Below are positions 24,354 through 33,886 of a stretch of 34,628 nucleotides of DNA, one piece after another. The stretch is taken from positions 1 through 34,628 of IMG/VR virus record IMGVR_UViG_3300042898_001426. The stretch is one strand, 5' to 3'. Source of the stretch: a virus. Lineage: Duplodnaviria; Caudoviricetes. Within the stretch, counting starts at the first letter, position 1; each line of letters starts with the position of its first letter. Under the pieces are notes generated by a model, which was not told the origin of the DNA, did no database searches, and worked only from the letters and a program-made list of their open reading frames with translations. The position numbers and the translations under genes are program-made.

Positions 24354-25965
24354 AGAAGAATCCTCATACCACGGTAATATTAATTTAAAACCGATCGGGT
24401 ACAAACATAGTTTTACGATTGAGCAGTTGGCAGAACTTGAGATGTGCCAAGAAGATCCAATTTATTTTATTGAGAACTATTGTCAAATCGTTACTCTTGA
24501 CCACGGTCTTCAGTTATTTAAACTCTACGATTGTCAGAAGCGAAAAGTCGCCCACATTCTGGACAATCGTAAAGCGATTCTGATGGAAGGTCGCCAGCAG
24601 GGTAAAACCATTACATCCGCTGCATGCATTCTTTGGTATACACTATTTCAAGAATCCAAAACAGTTGCTATCATGGCCAACAAAACTGCTGCTGCGAGAG
24701 AAGTTATGTCTCGTTACCAAGGCATGTATGAAAACTTACCACTCTGGATGCAACAAGGTGTTAAGACTTGGAACAAGGGTGATATTGAATTAGAAAACGG
24801 ATCGAAAATATTTACCTCAGCAACAACTACCAGCGGTATTCGTGGTAAGTCTGTTAACTGGTTGTATATCGATGAAGCAGCGATTATTCCAAACACGGTT
24901 GCTGAGCAATTCTTCGCTTCAGTTTATCCTACAATTTCTGCGGGTCAAACAACTAAGATTCTTCTGACCTCAACTCCAATGGGATATAATCACTTCTGGA
25001 AATTCTGGAATGAAGCAGAAAAGGGTGCAAATGGTTTTGTGCCAATGTTCATTCCATATACTGAAATTCCAGGACGTGATGATGCATGGGCAGAAGAACA
25101 ACTAAGACTACTCGGTGAATTAAAATTCAATCAGGAAGTTATGTGTAACTTCCTCGGTTCGAGCAATACGCTTATTAATTCTAAGACTCTCGGCAATATG
25201 AGTTCTATTGATCCAGTCTATACTAAAGATGGATTGGATATTTTTGAAGAACCTATGCCTGAACGAACATATGCGATGACTGTTGATACTGCAAGAGGTA
25301 TCGGCGGAGACTATTCAACAGCAGTCGTAATTGATGTTACATCTGTTCCATATAAGATGGTTGCCAAATACAGAGACAATAAGATTGCTCCACTCTTATT
25401 TCCCAATATTATAAATAAAGTAGCGAGAGATTATAATTCCGCACACGTATTGATTGAAGTAAATGATATTGGGCAGCAAGTCGCTGATATTTTACATAGC
25501 GACTTAGAATATGATAATATTCTTACAACTGCTCGAGATGCGAACAAACAATATCTGTCTCCAGGTTTTGGTAGAACGACTACCTTTGGTGTCAGAATGT
25601 CAAAGCAAGTTAAGAGACAGGGTTGTTTTACGTTTAAGTCGTTACTAGAAGAAATGAAGTTACAAATTTTTGATGCTGATACCATTAGCGAATTGTCAAC
25701 GTTTATTGAAAAAGCAGGATCGTATCAAGCAGACGAAGGTTATCATGACGACTTAGCAATGTGCCTAGTACTGTTCGGATGGTTAACCACAAATACTTAC
25801 TTTAAAGACTTAACCGATATAGATATTCGTGAAAAATTGTATGACACCCAAATGAGACAGATTGAAGAAGAACTTACTCCCTTCGGTATTATTGTTAATG
25901 GAAGAGAAGATGAAGTGTTTATTGCTGGGGGTGATTATTGGAAAGTCGATACGTCGTATCGATAA
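24346..25965 (+). CDS. gp17: Terminase large subunit gp17
   Basis: Walker A GRQQGKT, Walker B LYIDEAA, TSTPMGYNHF, nuclease motifs VDTARG and HDDLAM. Confidence 0.96.
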   Translation: MSEEESSYHGNINLKPIGYKHSFTIEQLAELEMCQEDPIYFIENYCQIVTLDHGLQLFKLYDCQKRKVAHILDNRKAILMEGRQQGKTITSAACILWYTLFQESKTVAIMANKTAAAREVMSRYQGMYENLPLWMQQGVKTWNKGDIELENGSKIFTSATTTSGIRGKSVNWLYIDEAAIIPNTVAEQFFASVYPTISAGQTTKILLTSTPMGYNHFWKFWNEAEKGANGFVPMFIPYTEIPGRDDAWAEEQLRLLGELKFNQEVMCNFLGSSNTLINSKTLGNMSSIDPVYTKDGLDIFEEPMPERTYAMTVDTARGIGGDYSTAVVIDVTSVPYKMVAKYRDNKIAPLLFPNIINKVARDYNSAHVLIEVNDIGQQVADILHSDLEYDNILTTARDANKQYLSPGFGRTTTFGVRMSKQVKRQGCFTFKSLLEEMKLQIFDADTISELSTFIEKAGSYQADEGYHDDLAMCLVLFGWLTTNTYFKDLTDIDIREKLYDTQMRQIEEELTPFGIIVNGREDEVFIAGGDYWKVDTSYR

Positions 25966-25982
25966 ACACAAAATACACGAGT

Positions 25983-25990
25983 TATAAATA
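25983..25990 (+). promoter_or_regulatory. T4 late promoter
   Basis: TATAAATA upstream of gp18. Confidence 0.85.
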
Positions 25991-26035
25991 AAAGACAAGA
26001 TGAAACTGATCATTTTAACACAAGGAGAATAAAAC

Positions 26036-27721
26036 ATGGCTTTTCAGTTATCGCCTGGAGTCCTAGTTACAGAACAAGACCTTACTAATGTTGTCCCAGC
26101 AGTTTCGACTTCTATTGGCGCATTCGTAGGTAATTTCAATTGGGGACCAGCGGAAGAAATCGTTACTATTACGTCCGAGAACGAACTCGTAAGTAGGTTC
26201 AGTGGTCCAACAGCAACTAACGCAGTAGATTTCTACTCTGCTGCAAACTTCCTCGCATATACTACTAACCTTAAACTCGTTCGTGCATGCGGATCGGCAG
26301 CAAGAAACGCTGTCGGATGCGGTCAAACTGCAGTCTATATTCCAAACGGAGATGTCTACGAAGACAGTTTCAGCGCTGGTGATCAGGGTATGGAATTCAC
26401 TGCAAAGTATCCTGGAACAAAGGGCAACGGTCTAATTGTTTCAATCTGTGACCATTCTGGTTTTGATACATGGGATTACGCTGCAAGTTTCGCTGGTGCG
26501 CCAGGAACTTCTGACTATGCTGCTGCCAAGGGTGCAACGTTTGATGAAGTCCACGTAATTGTAGTCGATGGAGTCGGAGCGTTTACTGGAACTGTAGGAA
26601 CAGTTCTTGAGAAGTTCGCCAATATGTCAATTGCTTCTGATGCAAAGGGCAGTGATGGTGGATCAATCTACTACAAGAACGTAGTTAATACACAATCAAA
26701 GTATGCTTGGTGGACAAAGCACCCAGCGAATAGCGGTGAAGACCTTGCTTGGGGTGCTGCTGCATCTGCTGGTGAATATAACTCTATTACTGCTGCGGGT
26801 GAGCACACTGATACCTTCACGGGTGGTGTTGATGCTGCTCCTGCCGACGGTGATCTTGAAGCAGGATATTCACTGTTCGTTGATAAAGAACTAGTAGATA
26901 TCTCTCTGGTAATTACTGGCGGTCACTCTGCTACTGTTTGCCAGCATGTGATTGATGAAGTTTCGCTGGGTCGTCTAGATTGCGTTACGTTTGTTTCCCC
27001 TGCACTTGCTGATGTTAAGAGCAATGCTGGAGATGAAGTCACAGATGTTATTGACCACTTTAAAACAACTCTAAATCGTTTTAGTTCTTATGCCGTTGCC
27101 GACTCAGGTTGGAAGCGTCAATACGATCGTTACAATGACGTATATGTAAACGTTCCTTTGAACGCTGACATTGCTGGTCTTTGCGCTCGTACTGATGATA
27201 CCAATGATCCTTGGTTCTCACCTGCTGGTCTAAATCGTGGTCAGATTAAGAACGTTGTTAAACTTCTTTGGACTCCAAACCAAGCAGAGCGTGACGAACT
27301 TTATAAGAATGGTATCAACCCTGTTGCAAATCTTCCAGGAAATGGTGTCGTTCTTTATGGTGATAAGACACTGCTTGCGAAACCTTCAGCGTTTGATCGT
27401 ATCAATGTTCGTCGTCTGTTTATCGTACTTGAGAAAGCTGTCTCGACTGCTGCTAAGTTCCAGTTGTTTGAATTCAACGATGTCTTCACTCGCGCTCAGT
27501 TCAAGTCAATTGTAGAACCATTCCTCCGCAATGTTCGCGGTCGTCGTGGTATCTTTGACTTCCGTGTTGTTTGCGACGAAACAAACAACACTGGTGAGGT
27601 TATTGACCGTAACGAATTCGTTGCTGATATCTTTATCAAACCAGCACGTTCGATCAACTTCATCCAACTAAACTTTATCGCTACGAGAACTTCAATTACG
27701 TTTGAAGAAATCGGCGCTTAA
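26036..27721 (+). CDS. gp18: Tail sheath protein gp18
   Basis: LSPGVLVTEQDLT, FNWGP, WFSPAGLNRG, RDELYKNGINPV, FDRINVRRLF, IKPARSINFIQLNF. Confidence 0.96.
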   Translation: MAFQLSPGVLVTEQDLTNVVPAVSTSIGAFVGNFNWGPAEEIVTITSENELVSRFSGPTATNAVDFYSAANFLAYTTNLKLVRACGSAARNAVGCGQTAVYIPNGDVYEDSFSAGDQGMEFTAKYPGTKGNGLIVSICDHSGFDTWDYAASFAGAPGTSDYAAAKGATFDEVHVIVVDGVGAFTGTVGTVLEKFANMSIASDAKGSDGGSIYYKNVVNTQSKYAWWTKHPANSGEDLAWGAAASAGEYNSITAAGEHTDTFTGGVDAAPADGDLEAGYSLFVDKELVDISLVITGGHSATVCQHVIDEVSLGRLDCVTFVSPALADVKSNAGDEVTDVIDHFKTTLNRFSSYAVADSGWKRQYDRYNDVYVNVPLNADIAGLCARTDDTNDPWFSPAGLNRGQIKNVVKLLWTPNQAERDELYKNGINPVANLPGNGVVLYGDKTLLAKPSAFDRINVRRLFIVLEKAVSTAAKFQLFEFNDVFTRAQFKSIVEPFLRNVRGRRGIFDFRVVCDETNNTGEVIDRNEFVADIFIKPARSINFIQLNFIATRTSITFEEIGA

Positions 27722-27724
27722 CCC

Positions 27725-27732
27725 TATAAATA
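27725..27732 (+). promoter_or_regulatory. T4 late promoter
   Basis: TATAAATA upstream of gp19. Confidence 0.85.
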
Positions 27733-27754
27733 AGAAAGATCAGGAGAATCTAAT

Positions 27755-28297
27755 ATGGATATTTCAAAATTTAAGGGAGCATTAGGTGCTGGTGGTGCAA
27801 GACCGAATCAATTCGAAGTGAGACTTACTTTCCCCCAGTTACTTGGAAATAACATTGGAGAAAAAAGTCTTTTAGTTACTGGTGCTTCACTTCCCGCATC
27901 CAACGTAAACCCAACCCTACTTCAGTATCGTGGTCGTGAAATCAAACTCGCTGGTGAGCGTATCTTTGATCCGTTTACAATTACCATTGTAAATGACACA
28001 GAATTTTCACTTCGTCGTCCATTTGAAAGATGGATGAATCTGATGAACAATCTGGTTACCAATACGGGCGTTACGCAGCCAGAAAAGTACCAATGTGACC
28101 TCACAGTCGTTCATCTTGATCGTAACGAAACTCCTCTGCAAACCTACTTACTAGTGGATGCATTCCCGATCAATATGTCGGAAATTGCTCTTCAGTATGG
28201 TCAGAACGATGTGGTCGAAGAGTTTACGGTAACATTCCAGTATCAGCATTATACCACTTCTGATGGTCCTCGACCAAAAGAAATAACTTCTACGTAA
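27755..28297 (+). CDS. gp19: Tail tube protein gp19
   Basis: GGARPNQFEV, ASLPAS, RGREIKLAGERIFDP, AFPINMSEI, EEFTVTFQY. Confidence 0.95.
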   Translation: MDISKFKGALGAGGARPNQFEVRLTFPQLLGNNIGEKSLLVTGASLPASNVNPTLLQYRGREIKLAGERIFDPFTITIVNDTEFSLRRPFERWMNLMNNLVTNTGVTQPEKYQCDLTVVHLDRNETPLQTYLLVDAFPINMSEIALQYGQNDVVEEFTVTFQYQHYTTSDGPRPKEITST

Positions 28298-28319
28298 TAT
28301 TAAAAAGTGAAATTGAATT

Positions 28320-29837
28320 ATGGAAATTTTTGGTTATAAAGTTGAGAAATCCAAGGCGGCACCAACGGAGAAATCGTTTGTGCCGCCGACGGACGATGGG
28401 GGTTCTGATGTTATTAAGGCAGGTGGTTATTTTGGCACCTACCTTGACTTAGAAGGAACTGCCAACACCGAGGCAGAACTTATTAAAAAGTATCGCGACA
28501 TTGCTTTTATGGCAGATGTCGATTCTGCTATTGATGATATCGTGAACGATTCTATTTCAAACCTTGACGATGAACGTCCTGTCGAAATCAATCTTGATAA
28601 TGTCAAACTATCTGATCCAATTAAGAAAAAGATTCAACAAGAGTTTGAAACAATTCTGGATCTTTTAGAATTTAATTTGAGAGCACAAGACTATTATCGT
28701 CGTTGGTATATTGATGGTAGAATTTATTTCCACAAAGTAATTGATACGGCAAAACCTAAAAATGGTATTACCGACATTCGCTTTATCGACCCTCGCAAGA
28801 TTAAAAAAGTCCGCGAGATCTTTAAAGAAAAAGATGAAAAATCAGGTGTTGAATTCATCAAGAAGATCGAAGAATACTTTGTTTATAATGAACGTGGCAT
28901 TGTTCTAGATAAAGCACATACTGCTTCTCCTGGATCTGCTGCGACAATGAAGGTTACTCGTGATGCGATTTGTTATGTTCCTTCTGGTCTGAGTGATCAG
29001 GATAAGAACATTGCTTTGTCGTATTTACACAAAGCGATTCGTCCTGCCAATCAGTTGCGCATGATGGAAAACGCTGCAGTAATCTATAGAATTTCGAGAG
29101 CACCAGAACGTCGCGTATTTTATGTTGACGTTGGTAATCTCCCTAAGTTAAAGGCGGAACAATATCTTAAAGGTATTATGGACCAGTATAGAAATAAACT
29201 GGTATATGATGGTAATACTGGTGAGATCCGCGATGACAAAAAGTTTATGTCAATGCTTGAAGACTTCTGGTTGCCTCGCCGCGAAGGTGGACGTGGTACT
29301 CAGATTGAAACTCTTCCAGGTGGTCAGAGTCTCGGTGAAATCGGAGACATCGACTACTTTCAGAAGAAACTATTTCAAGCATTGAACGTTCCAGTTTCAA
29401 GAATGCAACAGCAGTCAGGTCTAAACTTTGGTCGTGCTGCTGAAATTAACCGCGACGAATGGAAGTTTACTAAATTTATTGCTAAACTTCGTCGTCGTTT
29501 CTCTCTTCTGTTCGATGATCTTCTTAAGACTCAGTTAATTATAAAGGGTGTTATTACTGAGACAGACTGGAATTTGATCAGAAATAATATTGAATACAAG
29601 TATGCTACTGATGCATATTATACTGAGTCGAAAGAACAGCAAATTATACAATCTCGGGTTGAGATTCTCAACGGAGTAGCAAATTATATCGGTACTTTAT
29701 ATAGTAAAGCATATATTCAGAAGCATATTCTTAAACTAACAGATGACGATATTGCACAAATTGAATTAGATAATTCGGCAGAACCAGTCCAGTTAGAACC
29801 TGGAATGCAACCGCCACCAGATGAAGGACAACAATAA
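28320..29837 (+). CDS. gp20: Portal vertex protein gp20
   Basis: RWYIDGRIYFHK, SYLHKAIRPANQLRMME, YRISRAPERRVFYVDVGNLP, EDFWLPRREGGRGT. Confidence 0.96.
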   Translation: MEIFGYKVEKSKAAPTEKSFVPPTDDGGSDVIKAGGYFGTYLDLEGTANTEAELIKKYRDIAFMADVDSAIDDIVNDSISNLDDERPVEINLDNVKLSDPIKKKIQQEFETILDLLEFNLRAQDYYRRWYIDGRIYFHKVIDTAKPKNGITDIRFIDPRKIKKVREIFKEKDEKSGVEFIKKIEEYFVYNERGIVLDKAHTASPGSAATMKVTRDAICYVPSGLSDQDKNIALSYLHKAIRPANQLRMMENAAVIYRISRAPERRVFYVDVGNLPKLKAEQYLKGIMDQYRNKLVYDGNTGEIRDDKKFMSMLEDFWLPRREGGRGTQIETLPGGQSLGEIGDIDYFQKKLFQALNVPVSRMQQQSGLNFGRAAEINRDEWKFTKFIAKLRRRFSLLFDDLLKTQLIIKGVITETDWNLIRNNIEYKYATDAYYTESKEQQIIQSRVEILNGVANYIGTLYSKAYIQKHILKLTDDDIAQIELDNSAEPVQLEPGMQPPPDEGQQ

Positions 29838-30037
29838 TGGATAATACTGAGGTAATTAAAAGTTTAATAAATAACATTGAAACGGGTAATATGACCGATG
29901 CTGGCGATGATTTTGACATTGCATTCGATCTAAAACTTGCAGATATTCTTTCTGCTCGTCGCGAAGAAATGGCAAATGCTGTGTTCAATACAGATCAAGA
30001 AGTAGAAACGGAAGAGGAAAACGATGAAGACGTATAA
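29837..30037 (+). CDS. Prohead core protein (gp67-like)
   Basis: Small acidic ORF directly after gp20, at the T4 gp67 position. Confidence 0.6.
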   Translation: MDNTEVIKSLINNIETGNMTDAGDDFDIAFDLKLADILSARREEMANAVFNTDQEVETEEENDEDV

Positions 30038-31541
30038 ACAATTAGTAGAAGGTATTACTGAAACTCTTTCATTCTTTCTAGAAGAAGAAAATTTATTCGA
30101 GGGTCCAACTCATTTAGAGTATAGTGGACATGTTGGTGAAAAAGAGTATGCAGTAAAAGTACCACGGCACAAAGATTTGGGTGATTATTCTGAGAAAGAT
30201 CTTCATCATAAGATCAGTAAAGAAAACCCACATTTACATCACCATGAAGTTACTGCAATCGTAAATTCTGGTGGAGAAGAAGAATCTCATGAGAAAGTTG
30301 AACATGAGGGAAAAACTCATACACATCATGTGATTAATTACCAAGAACCTCGCCATTTATATGAAGAAGTCGAAAAACTCGACGAAGACTTATATAAAGA
30401 TCAGCACCCTGGATATAATGAAAAGCATGCTGCTCACAGTACAGCGAAGAAACTGCATAGTTCAGGTCACCTCAAACCAGAATACCATAAAGATGGTAGT
30501 GCAACTATTCATGTGAAACCTTACGACGATACCAGTTCAACGAGACTTACCGATCGTATTCATCAGGATGCAGGACTGTATTATAATCACCCTCGTAGAA
30601 AGTTTGCAAAAGGAATAACTCAAGCCCACAATGGGTTGAAGTATCGCACACGATCGGATGATGGCGGAAAAACTCATTCAGTTCATATTTCTCCAACTAC
30701 AGTAAAAAATATGCGGGACGGATCTGCTAGAGAAGTAAGAGAAGAAGTCGAAGGTATCCATGAAATTTCTGCGATGAAGGCAATTAGAACCTCTGTGAAG
30801 CGCGAAGTTTCAGGAGTAACTAAGTCAATACAAACTGGCGATTTTGATGCCGCTAACCAAAAGAAAATTGATAATAACAAAGATCGCATTCATAAAAAGT
30901 ATGGATATAGAGCCGCAAATATCGCGCATAATGTAGCAGGAAGAAGACTTGATTATCATGATGGTCCTTATCAACCACGTGTACGCAAGGAAGAATTCGA
31001 TTTTGATTTATTCGAATCAATTATGCTAGGCGAAGGCGATCTATCTATTCGTACTTTGTATAACAAATACGCAGACCATGCTCTTGGTGCTGGAGATAGT
31101 CCAGATCCTAAGAAAGCTGCTGCGGTCAAGAAAGCAATTGTCAAGGTCCATGGTGCCACTGTTATGGGTCATCTAGAAAAAGCCAAGAATGCTGCTGCCA
31201 AAAATGATCAAGATTCAGAAAGCAATCATTTTAACAATGCTAGAAATTCAGCAAAAACAGACACTATGAGTGCAACTGTTGGCAAGAATCGTTCTTCTAT
31301 GCGTAAAGAAGAATTCGATCTCGACGAAGGTCGTATGGAAGATCTGGCAATGGACATGGAATCATTGTCACATGAAGATTTTAAAAGAAAACATAGAAGA
31401 ACAAAGCAACAAATGCAAGATGCGTTAAAGTCTGAAGAACTAAAGGGCAGTCAACATAAAATTGACGCCAATAAAAATGGTAAAGTTGATGGTCACGATT
31501 TTAAGATTCTTCGTAATCAGAAAAAAGCAAGATACCAGTAA
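30024..31541 (+). CDS. Large prohead core/internal head protein (gp68 position), modular and His/Lys-rich
   Basis: MKTYKQLVE start, repeated EE(V/F)...(L/I)xE linkers, C-terminal DANKNGKVDGHDF. Confidence 0.65.
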   Translation: MKTYKQLVEGITETLSFFLEEENLFEGPTHLEYSGHVGEKEYAVKVPRHKDLGDYSEKDLHHKISKENPHLHHHEVTAIVNSGGEEESHEKVEHEGKTHTHHVINYQEPRHLYEEVEKLDEDLYKDQHPGYNEKHAAHSTAKKLHSSGHLKPEYHKDGSATIHVKPYDDTSSTRLTDRIHQDAGLYYNHPRRKFAKGITQAHNGLKYRTRSDDGGKTHSVHISPTTVKNMRDGSAREVREEVEGIHEISAMKAIRTSVKREVSGVTKSIQTGDFDAANQKKIDNNKDRIHKKYGYRAANIAHNVAGRRLDYHDGPYQPRVRKEEFDFDLFESIMLGEGDLSIRTLYNKYADHALGAGDSPDPKKAAAVKKAIVKVHGATVMGHLEKAKNAAAKNDQDSESNHFNNARNSAKTDTMSATVGKNRSSMRKEEFDLDEGRMEDLAMDMESLSHEDFKRKHRRTKQQMQDALKSEELKGSQHKIDANKNGKVDGHDFKILRNQKKARYQ

Positions 31542-31551
31542 GGAATAACAA

Positions 31552-31929
31552 ATGGCGACTAAAGCGGTTCTAAAACTAACACAGGTTCATGGTGTAGTGA
31601 AAGTGCGTGGCACGGGATCCGCTACCATTGCACTTGCAACAGACCTTAAGAAGACATCTGAAACACAGTCTTCACCTAAAGTAAACATTCGTACCATTCA
31701 TTGGGGAATGTCAGATGGAGATACCGCCACGGTTACTAGAGACAGTGAAGTTCTATATTATCTTTCTGGTACAGGCAAGATGGAATTTATGGGTTGGTCT
31801 GACAACGAAGAAAATGGATCAGATATTGTTGTTGATTTCTCATCGGGAACTGGCGCTGTAGTTTTAGAACTCGCAAAAATTTCTGGTTATGGTTCGCAAC
31901 AACATCAGAACCAAGGAGATCTAGGATAA
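31552..31929 (+). CDS. Hypothetical beta-rich protein upstream of the prohead protease
   Basis: AAGGA RBS; stop overlaps the gp21 start (TAATG). Confidence 0.7.
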   Translation: MATKAVLKLTQVHGVVKVRGTGSATIALATDLKKTSETQSSPKVNIRTIHWGMSDGDTATVTRDSEVLYYLSGTGKMEFMGWSDNEENGSDIVVDFSSGTGAVVLELAKISGYGSQQHQNQGDLG

Positions 31930-32585
31930 TGAAATTAATTACTGAAGTAAACGACAACGTTCGTTATATCACTGAAGAAAAAGACGGTAAGAAATCCCTC
32001 TTCATTGAAGGTGTTTTCTTACAATCAAATCTCAAGAATCGCAATGGACGTATGTATCCTGCTGAGATTATGGAAAAAGAAGTCCAGCGTTATATGACAG
32101 AAGCAGTGGAGAACAAGAGAGCATTCGGCGAACTTGGTCACCCAGATGGTCCGTCAATTAACCTTGACCGTGTATCTCATATCGTTACCGAACTCTATAG
32201 AGATGGCGATAACTGGATGGGTAAGGCGAAGATCACTGATACTCCCATGGGAAATATTGCTCGTGGTCTGATTGAATCAGGTGGTCAACTTGGTGTTTCT
32301 TCAAGAGGACTTGGTACTCTGAAAGAGAATAGAGATGGAGTCCAGATCGTTCAAGACGATTTCCATCTTGCAACCGCAGCAGATATTGTTGCCGATCCTT
32401 CTGCTCCTGATGCATTCGTAAGAGGCATTATGGAAAATAAAGAATGGGTAATTGTTGATGGTCTTTGGACTGAACAAGCATCTGATATGGCAAAGAAAGT
32501 CATTAAGAAGGCAAACAAAAAGCAACTCGAAGAAGCAAAAATGATAGTTTTTGAGAATTTCCTCAACAGACTTGCAAAGATTTAA
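31929..32585 (+). CDS. gp21: Prohead protease gp21
   Basis: MKLITE, IEGVFLQ, NRNGRMY, GELGHP, GVSSRGLGT, DIVADPSAPDAFV. Confidence 0.96.
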   Translation: MKLITEVNDNVRYITEEKDGKKSLFIEGVFLQSNLKNRNGRMYPAEIMEKEVQRYMTEAVENKRAFGELGHPDGPSINLDRVSHIVTELYRDGDNWMGKAKITDTPMGNIARGLIESGGQLGVSSRGLGTLKENRDGVQIVQDDFHLATAADIVADPSAPDAFVRGIMENKEWVIVDGLWTEQASDMAKKVIKKANKKQLEEAKMIVFENFLNRLAKI

Positions 32586-32596
32586 AGTTTCTTTAT

Positions 32597-32604
32597 TATA
32601 AATA
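32597..32604 (+). promoter_or_regulatory. T4 late promoter
   Basis: TATAAATA upstream of gp22. Confidence 0.85.
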
Positions 32605-32636
32605 AAAGACTAAGTTCCGAAAATTAGGAGAAAAAC

Positions 32637-33836
32637 ATGACTGTAGAAAGAAAAATCAGAGAGTTGCTTGCGGGAAAGCAAGCGATTACTGAAGCTTCTG
32701 ACGGTGATATGACCGCACCAAAGCAAGGTAATTCGGTCACATCTTCCTCAGAAAAGATGGGTGCCTCGAATGGTAAAGATACCTCAAAGGCATCTAAGTC
32801 AAATACATCGGGCGACCAAACTCAACCACGTCAAGGTTCTTCGGCAGATGCACCACACCAAGACCGTGATGGTGATGCTGACGAAAATCAGGGCGCAAAG
32901 GTTGCCGTAAACGCCAAGGATACTTCCGACTCGTCAGGTCCTGCATCTGGTCCAGGTAATGCACCAAACTTCAACACTGTTGATGATCCAAGATCGGTTG
33001 TTAATCAACCATCATCTAAGGGTAACGTTCATCAAGAAGAGTATGAACCAGAAGAAGATGATCTGATCGAAGACGATGATGATAGCGAAGATGAAGACGG
33101 TGAAGATCTTGAAGAAGATTTTTCAGCAGAACTCGCAACCCTCTTTGATGGTAACGAAAATCTTTCAGAAGAATTCCGTGGCAAGGCAGCATCGCTGTTT
33201 GAAGCAATGGTTTCTGCGTCTGTTAACGTTAAGGTATCGGCACTTGAAGAAGCACTCATCGAAGAGGCTTCTGACCTTATGGAAGAATTCAAGAGCGAAC
33301 TTGTTGAGAAAGTCGATTCTTACCTAACTTATGTCGCTGAACAGTATATTGCTGAAAACGAACTCGCTGTTGAGAACGGTCTTCGTTCTGACATCACTGA
33401 ATCGTTTATCGCAGGACTTAAGAATCTGTTTTCGGAACACTATATTGAGGTTCCTGAAGAGAAATATGATGTGCTTGGTGAAATGCAAGTCGAGATTGAA
33501 GATCTTCAATCCCGTGTGGACCAAACTATGACTGCAAATGTAGAACTGCATGCTGAGAATACAAGACTTCAAAGAGAAAGCGTCTTAATCGCGGTTACCG
33601 AAAACCTCGCCAAGACCGATGCTGAGAAGTTTGTAAGTATTGTTGCTGATGTAGAATTCGAGAACGCAGAAATTTTCGAAGAAAAGTTGAATGTCATTAG
33701 AGAAAACTATTTCCCTAAAGCACAACCTAATACAGAAGAAAAGATGACTGACGGTATGGATGAGTCGACTGAGTATACATCTCCGCTTATGGAGAAGTAC
33801 TCGAAGGCACTAGACAGAATGGCATCTCAAATCTAA
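32637..33836 (+). CDS. gp22: Prohead scaffold protein gp22
   Basis: LSEEFRGKAASLFEA, VDSYLTYVAE, ENELAVENG, ESFIAGLKNLFSEHYIEVPEEK; lies between gp21 and gp23. Confidence 0.92.
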   Translation: MTVERKIRELLAGKQAITEASDGDMTAPKQGNSVTSSSEKMGASNGKDTSKASKSNTSGDQTQPRQGSSADAPHQDRDGDADENQGAKVAVNAKDTSDSSGPASGPGNAPNFNTVDDPRSVVNQPSSKGNVHQEEYEPEEDDLIEDDDDSEDEDGEDLEEDFSAELATLFDGNENLSEEFRGKAASLFEAMVSASVNVKVSALEEALIEEASDLMEEFKSELVEKVDSYLTYVAEQYIAENELAVENGLRSDITESFIAGLKNLFSEHYIEVPEEKYDVLGEMQVEIEDLQSRVDQTMTANVELHAENTRLQRESVLIAVTENLAKTDAEKFVSIVADVEFENAEIFEEKLNVIRENYFPKAQPNTEEKMTDGMDESTEYTSPLMEKYSKALDRMASQI

Positions 33837-33841
33837 ATTAA

Positions 33842-33849
33842 TATAAATA
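33842..33849 (+). promoter_or_regulatory. T4 late promoter
   Basis: TATAAATA upstream of gp23. Confidence 0.85.
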
Positions 33850-33886
33850 ATAAGTTGAAATAATAAAACCCTACAAGGAGAAAAAA

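Noticed and set aside
32637-33120. Long low-complexity and acidic N-terminal part of gp22
   Set aside because: Such extensions are common in scaffolds of environmental T4-like phages; not distinctive.
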